A DNA stretch of 64,000 bases from Podarcis liolepis (taxonomy: Eukaryota), in NCBI GenBank assembly GCA_965112155.1, contig OZ218104.1, one strand, 5' to 3'. The translations under genes and the position numbers were made by a program. The notes below the pieces were generated by a model. The model did not search any database. It worked only from the letters and a program-made list of their open reading frames with translations, and had not been told where the DNA came from. This document shows, piece by piece, positions 36,831 through 50,594 of the stretch (position 1 is the stretch's first letter; every line of letters begins with the position of its first letter).

Positions 36831-39347
36831 GAAGGCCTTCAAACCATTGTCTGAGGCCTGAGGCTGTTTCTCAGCCTGCTGAACCTATTCAGGGAGGTTC
36901 ACTGTCACACTTACACACCTTCCCCAAGAGCTGTCTAATGTCTGGGCCCAGGAAAAGTATGCATGAATTATCTCCTTTCTCTCCTTGTCCGGCGACAACT
37001 CACCTCCCTCCCTATAAAAGGGGGTAGATCTGCACCTGGAAGCTGGCCTCTTGTCCTGGCAAAGATGCATCCTCCTGTTCCTGCCTCTGTGTCCACTGTG
37101 TGGGGCTCAGGAGCTCTCTCATCAAAGGAGGAGGATATGGAGAAGGGAGGAAAGGGGCTTGTCCTCCTCCTCCTCTGAGTATTTGGTTGCTACAGTTGCT
37201 ATCAGTCCTGTGGGGCTTTGCCTGCTGCTGCTCCGGTCTGGGGCACCCCTGGTGATGGGCTTGGTACCTCCTAGGTGGCTGCCCACCCACCCACCCATGC
37301 AGCAGTCTGGTGTCTAAATAGAAATAAAACACTTTGAGGGCAGTTGCTATCTTATTTTGGGTTCCTGGACAAGACAGAGTGTGAGGAGGAAAAGAAGCTG
37401 ATTTGAAGATCTGGGAAGGGTGGCTGGATCAGTCTCAGCCACTTCCCAGCTTTCTTCCTCAAAGGAACACAGTGCTTACAAGTTGTTTGGCCCAAGAACA
37501 ATTGAAATTGACTCCACACAAATACAGCAGGCTGAAGGTGTTGGAAGGGGTGCTGCCCCATGGCTGCCCTCAGCTTTGCAAGCAGACTGGACCTCCAGGG
37601 ATCTACAAGCCATCGACAAGATTTGATTTATCGGGGCTAAACTATAAAGGTGGGAAGACTCCAGTCATTTCCAACTCAGGAAATCACATCACAAAAGTAC
37701 TTTTTAAACTAATTACCCAGATTCCAAATTGCTGCCCTTAATGAGCCTTCTTTCTGCCCAGAACTTATGAGAGAAAAAGCTACCTTTGGAGCACAGTAAT
37801 TACCGCTTTCCCTTTCAAACTTCTAACTGGAGATCAATGCTGCATTTTAAGACTCATTGATTTACAATTAGCCTGGCTTTCCTGCTAAAGTGTTTTCAAG
37901 CAGAGTTTACTTTTATTTTATTCTGAAATCTCAGAGATCTGGTTCTTGGATTTCACATCCTCCTGAGACACGTGCTGGAAACTCAAAAAGGAAGAAACAC
38001 ATCTGAGGGAGGGATGTGGGCCACATTGAAGTGGCTGGTGGGGGGGGGAGAGGGGGGATAACAAAGCAGAAGCCTTGAACAAAGCTATGGGAGAAAGGAG
38101 AGGCAGTCAAGCCAGACAGAGCAGCCACAAATACCTGGCAGGAGCAGCAACAGCCTATCAACTCAAGGAGCTCTCAGCAAGTGCTTCCCTCCTGCTCTTC
38201 TGTGGCATCCGGGAGAGGGATGCTCTGCGCATCTTTACAAAACAAAGCACTGGTTAAAAATAGTGTAGAAGGCAAGGCCATGAGGGGCCAGCAGCTCCTG
38301 CATTTGCACAATCTATCCCACAAGGGGAATAGAAGTAAGCAAAGCAATTAAGAATTTCATGCTGATTGCTTCAAGCATTTTCTTCTCTGCCATAAATGTA
38401 ATTGCATAAAGAAGAGAGTCTCTCCTCCTTGACTCCATCTGGAGTCCTGCTCTCCATATAGGCAGAAGCCCAAGTGAGACATATAGATCCTTGGGCTCGG
38501 CTACCTCCTACAGCATTTGCCTGTGGTGAGCAATTCTCTACAAAGGAACAGCATGATGTGACAGAGGACCGCAAATCTGAGAACCCTCAGCTGCACAAAG
38601 AGAGGCTGCCGTACTCCTACGCTCATGTGATCTGACAACTGGCATCAAATCATGAAAATCTCGGCTTTCACTTGAAGAATCAAGCATGTGTTGCTGGACT
38701 TTTGTTTGTGGAAATACGTTTAAACAACAGGTAAGCAACTGCAAGCAAAAGGTCATAGTGTTCAAGGGCAGCGGCTCCAGTTGTGTCCTGAACAACTTAT
38801 GGCTCTCCACCACACCACCATTATTTCCCACTACTCCCCTACCACTCATCATTTATCCTAAATCTCCCTTTCTGCCCCACTGCTTTGTAACAAACAAACA
38901 AGCAAGCATATTCCCTTAATTCCTTTTTTAAAATTGGAGTTTGGAATAAAGTATCTGCACAGGGAACGTATATACAAGGTGTGGCACTACAGATTTGTTA
39001 CTGGTTTGAATGATTTATTTTGGACAGAAAGCCTAATTTTTTTATTGGCTTAAATATGCAATCCAACGCTAAACATTAAAATGTGACCCAGTTCATATGT
39101 AATACCAAGCCAAACCATGGTTAAGTGTGAACAAGTGAGTGTACTCAGAAGAAAAATCACAGCTACTTCCCTGGTCCTGCTGCCACTGTACTACCTGGAA
39201 GCAAGCCTTAGTTTGGCTTACTGTTATGTCTGAGCCTGGGCTCACAGGTTGTCTCTCCAAACCAAACTGAAAGCAGTAAGCCAAGAACAAACCTTGGCTA
39301 CAGCTCACGGTTGTGTAGTGAAGCAAATCAGGAGCTTGGAATTGGCT

Positions 39348-39400
<53 letters not shown>

Positions 39401-39458
39401 TTATTATTTATACCCCGCCCATCTGGCTGGGTTTCCCCAGCCACTCTGGGCGGCTTCC
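39348..39458 (-). mobile_element. (TAA)n microsatellite attached to an L2 3' tail
   Basis: Reverse complement gaagccgcccagagtggctgggg matches the 3' end of the L2 at ~16493-16515; about 17 TAA units. Confidence 0.85.
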
Positions 39459-39654
39459 AAAAGAATAATGCTAAGCCAAACCATTGCTTGGCTCTAAGTA
39501 GTACAGCAACAGAAAGACTGGGGGGAAAGTGAAGTAGCCACAAGATTCCTCCAAGCACCCACATGCTTGTTTACACTTAGCTACAATTTGCCTTAACATA
39601 TGTGCAAACCAGGCCTCTACCTGTGCAACTGACACATTTTTGTCAGATGATTAC

Positions 39655-39685
<31 letters not shown>

Positions 39686-42594
39686 CACACACACACGTAC
39701 GTACCAGGAATCTGTTAGTTATATATTCTCTGCAGTGTTCGAAATTTGCATACCTTTGGCATTGAACACCATCAGTAACTGCTTTAGTGATCTAGTTGGT
39801 GGCGTATGGAGAAAGGTTTGCCCCAGGCTAGGCTATGTGCACTGCCAGCCAGAGATTAGCACAGAGGAGTCAAAATAGCTGCTTAGTACCAAATTTAAAG
39901 AAAAATATCAAAAAGTTCAAAAAATGAAAGCTACCTTGAGGACAGCCTGCTCAAGTCTCAAAGATAATGTTTGGTCTATTTTTAAAACAGGTCTTTAACA
40001 CTTAGTAGGATCCTTCTCAGCAGCAAGCAATCCTAAAACACACTGCAAAATCAGGGGGAAACAAATAATTTAGGAAATCAAAATCCAAAGGGAAAAGAGG
40101 GTCAAGTGGCAACAAGCCCATCCGTAGCCTGTAGCAAAGGCATGAAGTGTGAGATGTGATGGGATAAGGAGCAGGGGTGCAGGGCTGTTGTGTCAGTTTG
40201 ACTGCCACTTTTCACTCCTGCCCATCCTCAGTTGTTATCCACAACTATTATTTTGCTATTTCCCCACACGCCACAGAAAAGGGCTTCTTCTGGCAGCCTG
40301 GCAGCCACCTCCATTAAACACCTAACAGGCCTGACAATAAACAAAGAGAGAGGCTGCTGTAACAAATGTCCTGCCCAGCCATACCCCCCAATCTGTAGTA
40401 CATGCTCATGAGCTCCATTCCAAGCCAGCAGGCTCAAGTAAGAGGGAAACAAGAGGCAAACAGCCTGCACTATGGCTGAGCAGCGGAGGCTGGGAGGGAA
40501 AGATGGCAGAGAGATGGAGCCATTTTATTAGATCAGGCAAATTCTAATTTATTCTGCAGAGAGGGAGGCGAGAAAATGGATTCACACTCAGCAGGCTGAC
40601 TGCAAAGCATCCAACCCCCATCATCCTCAGATTTTCAAACTCATTGTTTGCCTCTTTTGGCCATTCCTAGCAGCTGTAGAAAAATCAAGCTCCTCCTGAA
40701 GACAGGGGGTGGGTGGGGGGAGTGGGCGTCTTATATTTTAGCCCTCAAGGAAACAAATTGGTTGCAGGGTTTTGCTCTGCTGAGTACAGAATCGGAAACA
40801 GCCCCCGCCCCCCAGCTCATATTCAGTTTCATGTAATGCCAGACCCCACCCAGAAGGATTCACTGAAAAGGTGCCCAATTGCTCTTGGCACTACATACTT
40901 CTAACGGGGTGCTGCACTAATGGTCATGTGGGAAAATCCACGCTGCTCCCTCCTGCAAAAGGAGTCCAAGGCAGGAGATGTACAGTAAGGATAGCTATAC
41001 TTCAGCCACACTGGACACTGCAAGAGATGCAGGCACATGCATGTGTGTGCACACACACATTGGGAGAAACATACATGAACAAACACATACTAGGCATATA
41101 TGGGGGCTTGGAGCCTTGGCTGACTGAAGGTCTGCAGTGACTCCACTAAGCACTCCTTGCCCTCTCTCTGCTTCCTATTCATGTCCCACTTCAAAGAATT
41201 GGGAAACAGCTTGACATGATGAAACAAAACCAGCCAATCAGGAGTAATCTGTTTTTGAATAGTAAAGCCACCATCCATTGGAAAACAAGACTGGGGTCAA
41301 CCCCCCTTCCAAGAAGGATCAATTGAGTAGACATAGAAGCAGCAGACTCTGCAGGGTGAGGAAAGCAAAGCAACCACAAAGCAAAAAATTGCCATGAGCT
41401 GGGGCAAAAGCAGCCATCTTCGAGTCTGGGTGCAGTGGGCGAAGATCCCTTTTGCAGCAATTAGTAGCAGAGGCAATACTTCTTTTGCAACCAGTTCTAT
41501 GATGAGAGAGGCAGAGCTAATTCTGAGTCTTAGTTCATCTTTGATGAACAGAAGGGTTAATGTAAGAACCATTTCTTTGCAAGGGTAACTCAAGCGACAC
41601 TGATGTGAATCAATGTTCCTTTTGTGAACACATTACTTGGCAGAAACTGGCTTTTTGTATCCCCCTTAAACGAAGCCAGCAAAACAAAAAAAGGGGGAGG
41701 AATGTCCTTCAAACAAAAGGATGAGGTGAAAATAAAGAGAGACTCGCCTGCACTTTATTCTCTTTCATAGAAGCAAATGCATTTGGTGCTTTTTATACAT
41801 TAATCAATCAATATCACTGACTGTACATCAGCAGTGCAGCCAAGTTATGAACGACCTTTCTGGCAAAGAGGACACTTTTAATGCTCACAAGACTGCTCAG
41901 AGCTTTGCAACTTTCTGAATTTATGCCTGCATGATTACCCCTCAGAGGCAGAAGCCTGTTAGCAGAACACCAAGGATGACCAGATTAGAACTTGCCAATT
42001 TGCACAGGCTGGGTGGAGGGAGCTGCCGTGTACGTGCACAGCCATCAATTGGTCTGGGAAGGGCCCTGCCATATTCCAGGAAGCTTTTTTCCATTGGCCA
42101 AAGTGGACATACTGGGAGAAGCAACTAGGCTCCATCTGTCTGGCCAACAAGCCACGGCTTGTGAAGGATGACAACTCCACTTTTGTTGCTGGCTAGAGCC
42201 ACAGATTTGGCGTTCCCCACCTCACACACCTGCAGCCCTGAGCTGGCATCGAAGCCAAGGTTTCAAAAAATAAAATTGCTCTTGTCACCTGGCCTGAGGC
42301 AGCCTCTGAGCAGAAACAGGAGGAGCTCTCTTCTTTGGCAGGTATCTAAAACCACTTTGGGTTTCTCTGCACAGCCATCTTCCCAAACATAAACTTGAGG
42401 AAAAGCATTGCCTTGCACAAATTGGACAACTAACATTTTAACCTGCTCTTAAATCATTGGCAGAAATGGCATTTACACAGCCCAAGAAGTTCACAGCCAA
42501 GCTTTGCTAACAAAACAAAAACAGAGGAAAACCCAAATAGAAGCAGTTACACGTCTTGTGAAAAGGTAAATATGAGATGGTTAGATCTGATAGA

Positions 42595-42870
42595 AAGCTA
42601 CAACATGTGCTCCAGATTGGATTGTTGCAATGTGTTCTACGTGGGCTGACCTTGGAGAAAACTCAGGAAACTCCAACTGGTCCAACTTGCAGTGGGCAAG
42701 TTACCAGACAAGGTTCCATTTACAGCTCATATAACCAGTTTTAAAACAGCTTGTATGGATTTTCCCATCCAGGCCCAAATCAAGGTGCTCACATTGGTGG
42801 TTCAATGGCTTAAACAACTTAGGCCCAAAATATCTGAAAGACTCCCCCTCTCCCTACAGACTTTCTTGGG
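42595..42870 (+). mobile_element. L2 LINE fragment
   Basis: gattggattgttgcaatgtgttctacgtgggctgacct...aaactccaactggtcca parallels 16045-16115. Confidence 0.65.
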
Positions 42871-44074
42871 TTGGGCAGAGGATATGTCCTGAAGTGCAGG
42901 GGATGGCAGCCTAGGAGCCCACAGCAGTGTGTCTTGTACTCCTGTATTCTACAGCTTCCAATGTATGTTCTTTACTCTGGCCTTTGGCACCATTTTTTTT
43001 AAAGAACCCACCCCATTAATCTGATAATTAAAGCAAATTACAGTCAGATTTTGTTATTGTTGCAGCCCTGGAACAACACAAGCAGCAACAACACATTTCT
43101 ATTTCTATTATGATGAAAAGGAGTCACATGAATACATTTTTAGCATTTTAAAAACGGTAGAACAGAAACATGTTGCTTATACAGTGATGTCACTTTTTCA
43201 GAAAAATTGTAACTGGACATTTTAGTTGAAAATATTGCAATATCATAAATCAATTGGGATCTGATTTAGCATGACTGATGTCTATTCAGTAAGCAAGCTA
43301 AAAATGCACATTCTGTAATTTTTACATGCTGCACGAATCTCAAACATTTCCCCAATTGTTAAAATAATTTCAACTGAAATATTTTAGAGAGTAGGACCCA
43401 GAAAACACTTAACCCTTGTGTACCCTCAATACAGAGGGTTTGCTCTGTGACCCAAGAGAGAGTCCACAGCGTCTGTGAGAGTGCAGCACTTTCCACATCA
43501 ACTTTCATGGCAAGGATCTCCTAGACAACATCCAAGTCGTGCTGCAGCTAGGGCTGGACTTTGGAGCTGAAGTCTAGGGCCCCGTAGTTGAGGAAGCCAG
43601 TTGCACAACAACAACGAAGTCCAGTATCAGCAGCACCAGGCCAAGCAAGTGCTTAATAGGGCCCTACTGTGGTTGGTGACAAGGGTCACCGCAGCACCAT
43701 TTCGGTCTTTTGCTTTCTTTCTTTTTAAATCATTTTATAGTCAGCCACTGGCTGGGCATGTACATAGTTGGAGGGCTCATCTGGTGATTTTTACTTTAAA
43801 ATATATTATCCTTTTCTACCACAGTATGGTGCTGATTTCCAAGTAAATGTACTTGGCATCAGGGCAGCAAAAGGAAATTCCAATATATTCCTACAGTCAT
43901 GATGGTACTATTTAGTGAGTTTAAAATACAAAACTGAACATGGACAGATAATTTTTTTAAGAAAAAAAATCAGGCTTGGAAAACCTTTTAGTTTTAGTTT
44001 TTCTCTCACATCAGAGGAATATAGTAGTAGTCGTAATGTTCTGATTTACAAATGAAAGTATACACATAGCCACC

Positions 44075-44975
44075 TCACAGAATCATAGAGTTGGAAGGAA
44101 CCCTGAGGGTCATCAAGTCCAACCCCCTGCAATGCAGGAATCCCTGACAGATGGCCACCCAAACTCTGCTTAAAACCTCCAATGAAGAAAAGTCCACCAC
44201 CTTTCAAAGGAGTCTGTTCCACTGTTGAACAGCTCTTACTGTCAGAAAGGACTTCCTGATGTTTAGTCAGAATCTCCTTTCTTATGACCTGAAGCCATTG
44301 GTACAATTCCTATCATCCAGAGCAGAAGGAAACACGCTAACTCCATCTTCCATATGACAACCCTTTAGATATTGGAAGATGGTTATCATATCTGCTCTCA
44401 GTCTCCTCTTTTACAAGCGAAACATACCCAGCTCCCTCAACTGTTCCTCATAAGGCTTAGTTTCCAGACACCTGATCATCTTGGCTGCCCTCCTCTGCAC
44501 ACGTTCCAGCTTGTCAATATCCTTCTTAAATTGTGGTTTGCCCAGAATTGGACAAATTGGTGTGTTCTGACCAAGGCAGAATAGAGAGGTACTATGACTT
44601 CCCTTGATCTGGACACTAGACTTCTGTTGATGCAGTCTGAAATAGCATTAGTCTTTTTTCGCTGCTGCATCACACTGTTGACTCATGTTAAGCTTGTGGT
44701 CTACTAAAACCCCTAGATCCTTTTCAAATGTATTCCTGGCAAGCCAGCTAGTCTTCCCTGAGTAAGTGTAGAACCTGATATTTGTCCCAATTGAAATTAA
44801 TGGTGTTAGTGTTGGCCCCCTTCTCCAATCTGTTAAGGACAACTTGAATCCTGATTCTGTCTTCTGTGGCATTGGTTACTCCTCTCAGGTAGTGCTATCT
44901 GCAAATTTGATTAGCATTCCCTCAATACCTTCATCCAAGTCATTTATAACTACAATGGGCCAAGGACAGAATGCG
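44075..44975 (-). mobile_element. CR1 LINE 3' portion
   Basis: [24 protein letters not shown] and [23 protein letters not shown]; (ATTCTRTG)-type tail at 44075-44090. Confidence 0.92.
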
Positions 44976-46052
44976 AACACACACACCCTCCCATTATAAG
45001 GCCATTAAATGTTTAGGGTCTAAAATGACTTATTTGTACCTGTGCGAAGGGCACCCTCCCTACACCAGGTTTCAGAGAACTACTAGAGCAGCCAAACTAG
45101 CATGGTTGATTTGATTTTATAAGCTACGAATATGCCTATATCTTCTCTCCTCTCTCTCTCTCTCTCTCCCCCCAATCCTGGAATTCAAACAGTCACCTTT
45201 CCCCTTCCCCAGAATCCTTACACCAGGAATGAAGGAAGGAGGAAGGGCCCCTGGGAGGTGGCCTGGAAAGCAGAGGCAGCTGTACTAGTCAAGTGGAACA
45301 GACAGGCACTGCCTGCCTGCAAAGGCTGGAATTAATGCTATTGTCCTGCCACAAAGGCAGCAGCAAAGCAAGCAGTGGAGGGCAGAGGACAAACCCAGCC
45401 CAGCTACAAGCCAAAAGATGAAGGAGGAGGATGACAAGAAATTAGGGAGAATCTTCTTGGTTTGGTCTAGGGCAGGGTGGTAGTGCCTAGAAAGATATCA
45501 GCTTTTACCTAGAGAGCCCAGAGGTCAATCATACATGTTTCATGTGAATATGCTAATGTGCTAGAAGAGTATGTTCAGGACACTCATGGGCTGGAGCTTT
45601 CAGCTACAGAAGAAACAGGTATGGGTGTTGTATTCAGTCAGGCACCAGAAGGCAAAGCTAACCAATCTTTTAATTTATTGGCTTCTGGAAGTTTGGCCTG
45701 GTGTATCTAGTGAGCTACTCATTAGCCAGCATGATAAGGCCAGCATGCAACAGCCTGGAACTACAAGTGGCTAAAAATGTTTTCAGATGTCACTGGACTG
45801 CAAGGAGACTCACTTCAAAAGGATTTGCAAGCTGAAAGTGTAACCATGCCACATGCCAGAAACACTTGCTGAAAAAGAAATCTCAAATACAGGAGACAGA
45901 AAGAACACATCAAAGCCTGATGCCCCACCACCACCAGGCACACATGCCTCCAGCCCCAAACTTGAGAACAGGTGATGCATGAATTGCTTCCTGACTGGTA
46001 GCAGACCACAGAAGGAGCACAGAAGGAACCTATTTAACATGGGAAACTATTG

Positions 46053-46240
46053 GGAAGGGCCTGTGCTCAGTGGTGCAGCATCTGCCTTGCATATAGATGT
46101 TCCCAAGGTCAATCCCTGGCTCTCCAGGTAGGGCTGGCAGAGGCTCCTACCTGAAATCCTGGACAGCTGCTGCCCTCAGTGGAGACAATACTGAGCTAAA
46201 TGGACCAGTGGGCTGACTCAGTATAAGGTAGCTTCCTAAC
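46053..46240 (+). mobile_element. Squam3-type tRNA-derived SINE
   Basis: Box A-like gctcagtgg, decayed box B, body cctgaaatcctggacagctgctgcc...gacaatactgagcta...actcagtataagg..gcttccta. Confidence 0.8.
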
Positions 46241-46410
46241 TGCCTTATTCCAACTTAGACTATTTTTTCATCTGTCTGGCAGTGGCTCTCCTGTGTCTAA
46301 TGCAGTGAAGGTCTTTTCAGCCACCTGCTACAAGGTCCTTTTATTAAAGGGTTGGACCTGGAACCTTCTATGTGCCAAGCAGAGTCTATTACTGAGCGAC
46401 AACCTCTCCA
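46240..46410 (-). mobile_element. Second Squam3-type SINE, inverted and abutting the first
   Basis: ctgccttattcc...ctggcagtggctctcc...ggacctggaaccttctatgtgccaagcag...actgagc is the reverse complement of the family. Confidence 0.65.
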
Positions 46411-47499
46411 CATACTGAATCCGATCTCCCAAAGGTCTGAGCAAATTACAAAGCAGTAGGGGGAACTGATTCTGTATTTGAACACTGTCTATCAACCAAG
46501 GCTTTCAAACCCTGTGACCACCATGTGGGGTGCTGCCCTCTGTGCCCTGCAGTTTCTGCTGCAGGTTGGGAAGATGTATATGGGCCTGCGTTCCTTTGGC
46601 GAGTCATCCAACAGGGACAGGAGAGCTTTCAGAGGTTTTGCCTCTGCACAAAAGGGCAAGATAGCATCAGAGACCCAGCCAGGCCAAGTCTAACCTATGT
46701 TGTGGCTGGCTGCTAAGCACAACACGTGAAAAGAACCAGGCCTGTGCAGCAGCAGCAGCAGGAGGAGGAGGAGGAGGAGGGATGCCTTTAATGATGAGAA
46801 GCAGCCAGCAGAGGGACCCCAAATCACTGCCAAGCTTCCCAGCTCAGCAATCTGGCAGCTGGCTGCTCCTTGTGGGCTTAGGATGCAGCTGAACAAGGAA
46901 AACATTCTGGAACAAGTCAGCAGCTGGAGCTTCCTCTCTTGCTGCTTAATGAAAGCCATCAGCGGCTGATGACAAGTGTCTGGTGGAGCAAGCTGGAGGT
47001 TTATGAGATTCCTGCCACGTTTCAGAGCAACTGCAGCATGCCTTCACTCTGCCTGCCACAATCCTGCTAACCACTTCCTTCCTGCCAGGCGCTCCTGCTA
47101 GAGACTTTCATTAACCCAGTGCTTGGTGTGTGTGTATAAGTTTATACTACACCCTCAAGGGGCATGAGAAAGTGTTTCCTTGAGCAAAACAGAAAATGAA
47201 AATGATTAAGCTCTTCATATCCTTCATCATCACCTCCTCTACCCACTGGGCACAGCTGCCTCTCTTGCCTCCCAAATCACAAACACATGAGGACAAATGA
47301 AGTTCTTCTTCTGCCAAAACCTCAGCACCTAGAACCTGGTGTGAGATGTAAGTGGTGACATTTGACTTCAATAGAGGAAGCTACCCAAAAATGAGGGAAC
47401 TGATAAAAAGGAAGTTGAAAAGGAAAGTAAAGAGGGTCCAATGTTTCTAGAATGCTTGGGGATTGTACCAACACACTCTACTCTAACAGAAGTTAGCTA

Positions 47500-49845
47500 G
47501 AATGTATACTGGGAGTCAGGGCTAAGAGGATGCCAGTGTGGTTAACCAGGAAAATCAATAAATTATTAGGAGGCAAGAAGGCTTTCTTCAGAAAATAGAA
47601 GTCTTGCCCAAAGAATCACAAACTTTGGCAAAAGATATTCAAACAGACATTAAGTGATGCAAAAAAGAAAGAAAAGAAAGAATTTGAGGAGCACATTATG
47701 TTTTCAGCAAAGACCAGCTACATAAAAACTTTTAAAATACATTAAGAGAGGAGACAGGCTAACAAGGTAGTTGGACCTTTGGACAACAAGGAAGCCAAAG
47801 GTGTGCTAAAGATGGAAAAGGAGATTTCAGAGAAGGTGAATTCTTTGATCTGTCTTGACAGTGGAAGATGTAAGTCACATCCTTGGTGCCTGAACTAACT
47901 CTCAGGAAGGGGGTCTGAGGAACAAAGGTGAACAGTGGTAATAAGTCACAAGGTTCTAGGTCTTATTGACAAATTAAAAAGGGACAAATCACAGGGTTTG
48001 GATGCACCAGGCAATTTTTAAAAACACTTGAATGTTAAATTGCTAATTTTGTTAGAACCATGTAACTTGAAGGGTAAGGACTGTTGCTTAGAGCAACTGC
48101 CTTGCATACAGAAGGTCCCAGGTTCAATTCCAGATAGGGCTGGGAAAAGTTTTTGCCTGAAACCCTGGAGAGTCATTGCCAGTTAGAAAAGACAAGGCAG
48201 CTTCCTATGTCCGTACGGTTAGCCTCCAAGCCTGAGGAAAGTGGCCAACGTTACACCAATTTTTTTAGAAGGGATCAAGTGGAGATCTGAGAAAATACAA
48301 GTCAGTTAGCTTAATGCCTGCTCCAGGAAAACTGGTGGAAATCATTGCTAAAGATAGAATTACGAAGCATATGGAAGAACAAGCCTTGCCAAAGCAGAAC
48401 CAGCATGGCTTCTGGAAGCCTAATTTCTGTCTCACAACCCCTTAGAGTTATTTGAGTGTAAACAAGCATATAGACAGAGATGATCCAATTAATTTTGGTC
48501 ATTTGGTCATATCCATGCATTTAAAGCACACATGGCTTCCCCCAAAAAATGCTGGGAACTGTAGTCTACCTCTCACAGAGCCCCAATGCACAGCACCCTT
48601 AGCAAATTACAGTCCCTAGGATTCTTTGGGGAAAGCCATGTGTGCTTTAAATGTGTAGTGTCAATATGACCATTGTGTACTTAAACTTTCAAAAAGCTGT
48701 TGATAAAGTACCTCACCAAAGACTCCCGAGTTATCTTAGCAGTCAGATTCTCTTACGGACCAGAAATTGGTTAAAGAATAGGAAACAGAAGTGCCCTGCC
48801 CCCAAAGATCAGTATCAGGAACTGTGCTTTTTAACTTGTTCATAAATGGCCTGGAGTTCAGGGAAAGCAGTGAGGCGGTGCATGACAACCAGTATGTGGA
48901 CCTAACAAACTTGAACAGAAAGGGATTGCTAGGAGTTCCAAAATGAACTCTCCAAACTGGGTGAATGGCATTTAAATAGAAAATAAGATCCAACATAAGA
49001 AAGGGTAAAGTGATAGTCAATGGAGCAAAAAAAATATGTAACTTTACATATGCACTGATTAAGCCTCAACTGGCAGTGACTGATGAGGTTCTATGATGTC
49101 AACCCTGTGTGTGACAGTTATGAAAGGTAAATTCCATGTTAGGGATAATTAGGAATTAGGATAATTAGGAAAGTGGCAACAAAACTGATAATATCGTAAT
49201 ACCTTTATACAAATTTATAGTGTGACTGCGCTGTGTGCAGTTCTGGATGCTTCACCTTGAAATGGATTTTGCAGAGCTGGAAAGGGTTTAGAAAAGGGCA
49301 ACAAAATGACCAAGGGGTTGCAGCGCCTCTTCTACAAGGAAAGATTACAATATTTGAACTTTTTTTAGTTTTTTATATAAAAAAAACAATTAAGGGAGGA
49401 CATGACAAAGGTGTACAAAACTATACATGGTGTGGAGAAATAAGATAGAGAGGTGTTTCTCCAGAATACTAAAACCTTGGACCATCCAATGAGGCTGGAA
49501 GATTCAGGACAGACAATACAAAGCACATAACACGTACTTGAACTATGGAACTCACTCACACAATAGATTGTGATTGTCACCAACTTGGGATGACGTTAGA
49601 AGGGGTTTAGATAAATTCACTGAGAAAGCTGTTAAGGGCTACTAGTCATGATGGCTACTAGTTCTTCCTCCACTGTCAGAGGCAGAAATCCCCTGAATAC
49701 CAGTGGCTGGGAATCACAAGTGGGGAGAGTGCTGCTGTGCTCATCTCATCTTTGTGAGCTTCCCATAGGGTGGCCACTGTGAGAACAGGATGCTAGACTA
49801 GATGGGCCTTTGGTCTGACCCAGCAGGGTTATTCTTGCATTCTTA
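47500..49845 (+). mobile_element. Long degenerate CR1 LINE with nested SINE (~48075-48210) and MITE
   Basis: RT remnants (decayed YRPVSL, QHGF, VYLNFQKAVDKVPHQRL, CVQFW) and CR1 3' end ctagatgggcctttggtctgacccagcagg..ttcttatg. Confidence 0.88.
48510..48660. mobile_element. Palindromic MITE nested in CR1
   Basis: catttaaagcacacatggcttcccc / ggggaaagccatgtgtgctttaaatg inverted arms. Confidence 0.75.
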
Positions 49846-50170
49846 TGATTCAGGCTGTGATTAGAAGTGGTGCTGAAATAATTATATTCACCACAATGAA
49901 TTTGCTGTTGTTTGCTGTCAAATGAAGGGACTGCTGCCATCCCTCCTAGCAGAGCCTTGGAGGAAATCAGGGAGACTATTTATGGTTGGCTAGGACGAAA
50001 TGGACAGGCCCTTCTGCATAAGGCAGCATTCTGTGACACCGGAGAATGGCACTTAACTGAGCCAAAGAAGGCAGGGAGTAGGGAAGCCTACAAAGGCAAA
50101 GGCAAATGCAAAGGAGGCCTCAGAAGTCGAGCAAAGGGAAGATACATTTGATTCTCCTTAATTTGGGCCA

Positions 50171-50527
50171 GGATGCAGGTGACACTGTGGTCTAAACCAC
50201 AGGGCCTGGGGCTTGCTGATCAGAAGGTCGGCGGTTCGAATCCCCGCAACGGGGTGAGCTCCCATTGCTCGGTCCCTGCTCCTGCCAACCTAGCAGTTCA
50301 AAAGCACGTCAAGTGCAAGTAGATAAATAGGTACAACTCTGGCGGGAAGGTAAATGGTGTTTCTGTGTGCTGCTCTGGTTCACCAGAAGCAGCTTAGTCA
50401 TGCTGGCCACATGACCAGGAAGCTGTCTGCGGACAAACACCGGCTCCCTAGGCCAGTTAAGCGAGATGAGCGCTGCAACCCCAGAGTCATCCATGACTGG
50501 ACCTAACGGTCAGGGGTATCTTTACTT
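50171..50527 (+). mobile_element. Sauria SINE (full length)
   Basis: tRNA head with box B GGTTCGAATCCC, body gtgcaagtagataaataggtac...gtcatgctggccacatgacc, ACCTTT-like tail; flanking TSD ttaattt(g/c)ggcca. Confidence 0.93.
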
Positions 50528-50594
50528 TTAATTTCGGCCAAGATGCTGGAGAAAACTTCTTGAAAAATTCCTATGATATACCTGATAGCCCTTT

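Noticed and set aside
39249-39564. Poly-Ile/Asn/Leu ORFs (also 27241-27438, 57000-57224)
   Set aside because: Translations of microsatellites.
50171-50260. tRNA-like box A/box B sequence
   Set aside because: Head of a Sauria SINE, not a tRNA gene; same for the Squam3 and MIR-like heads.
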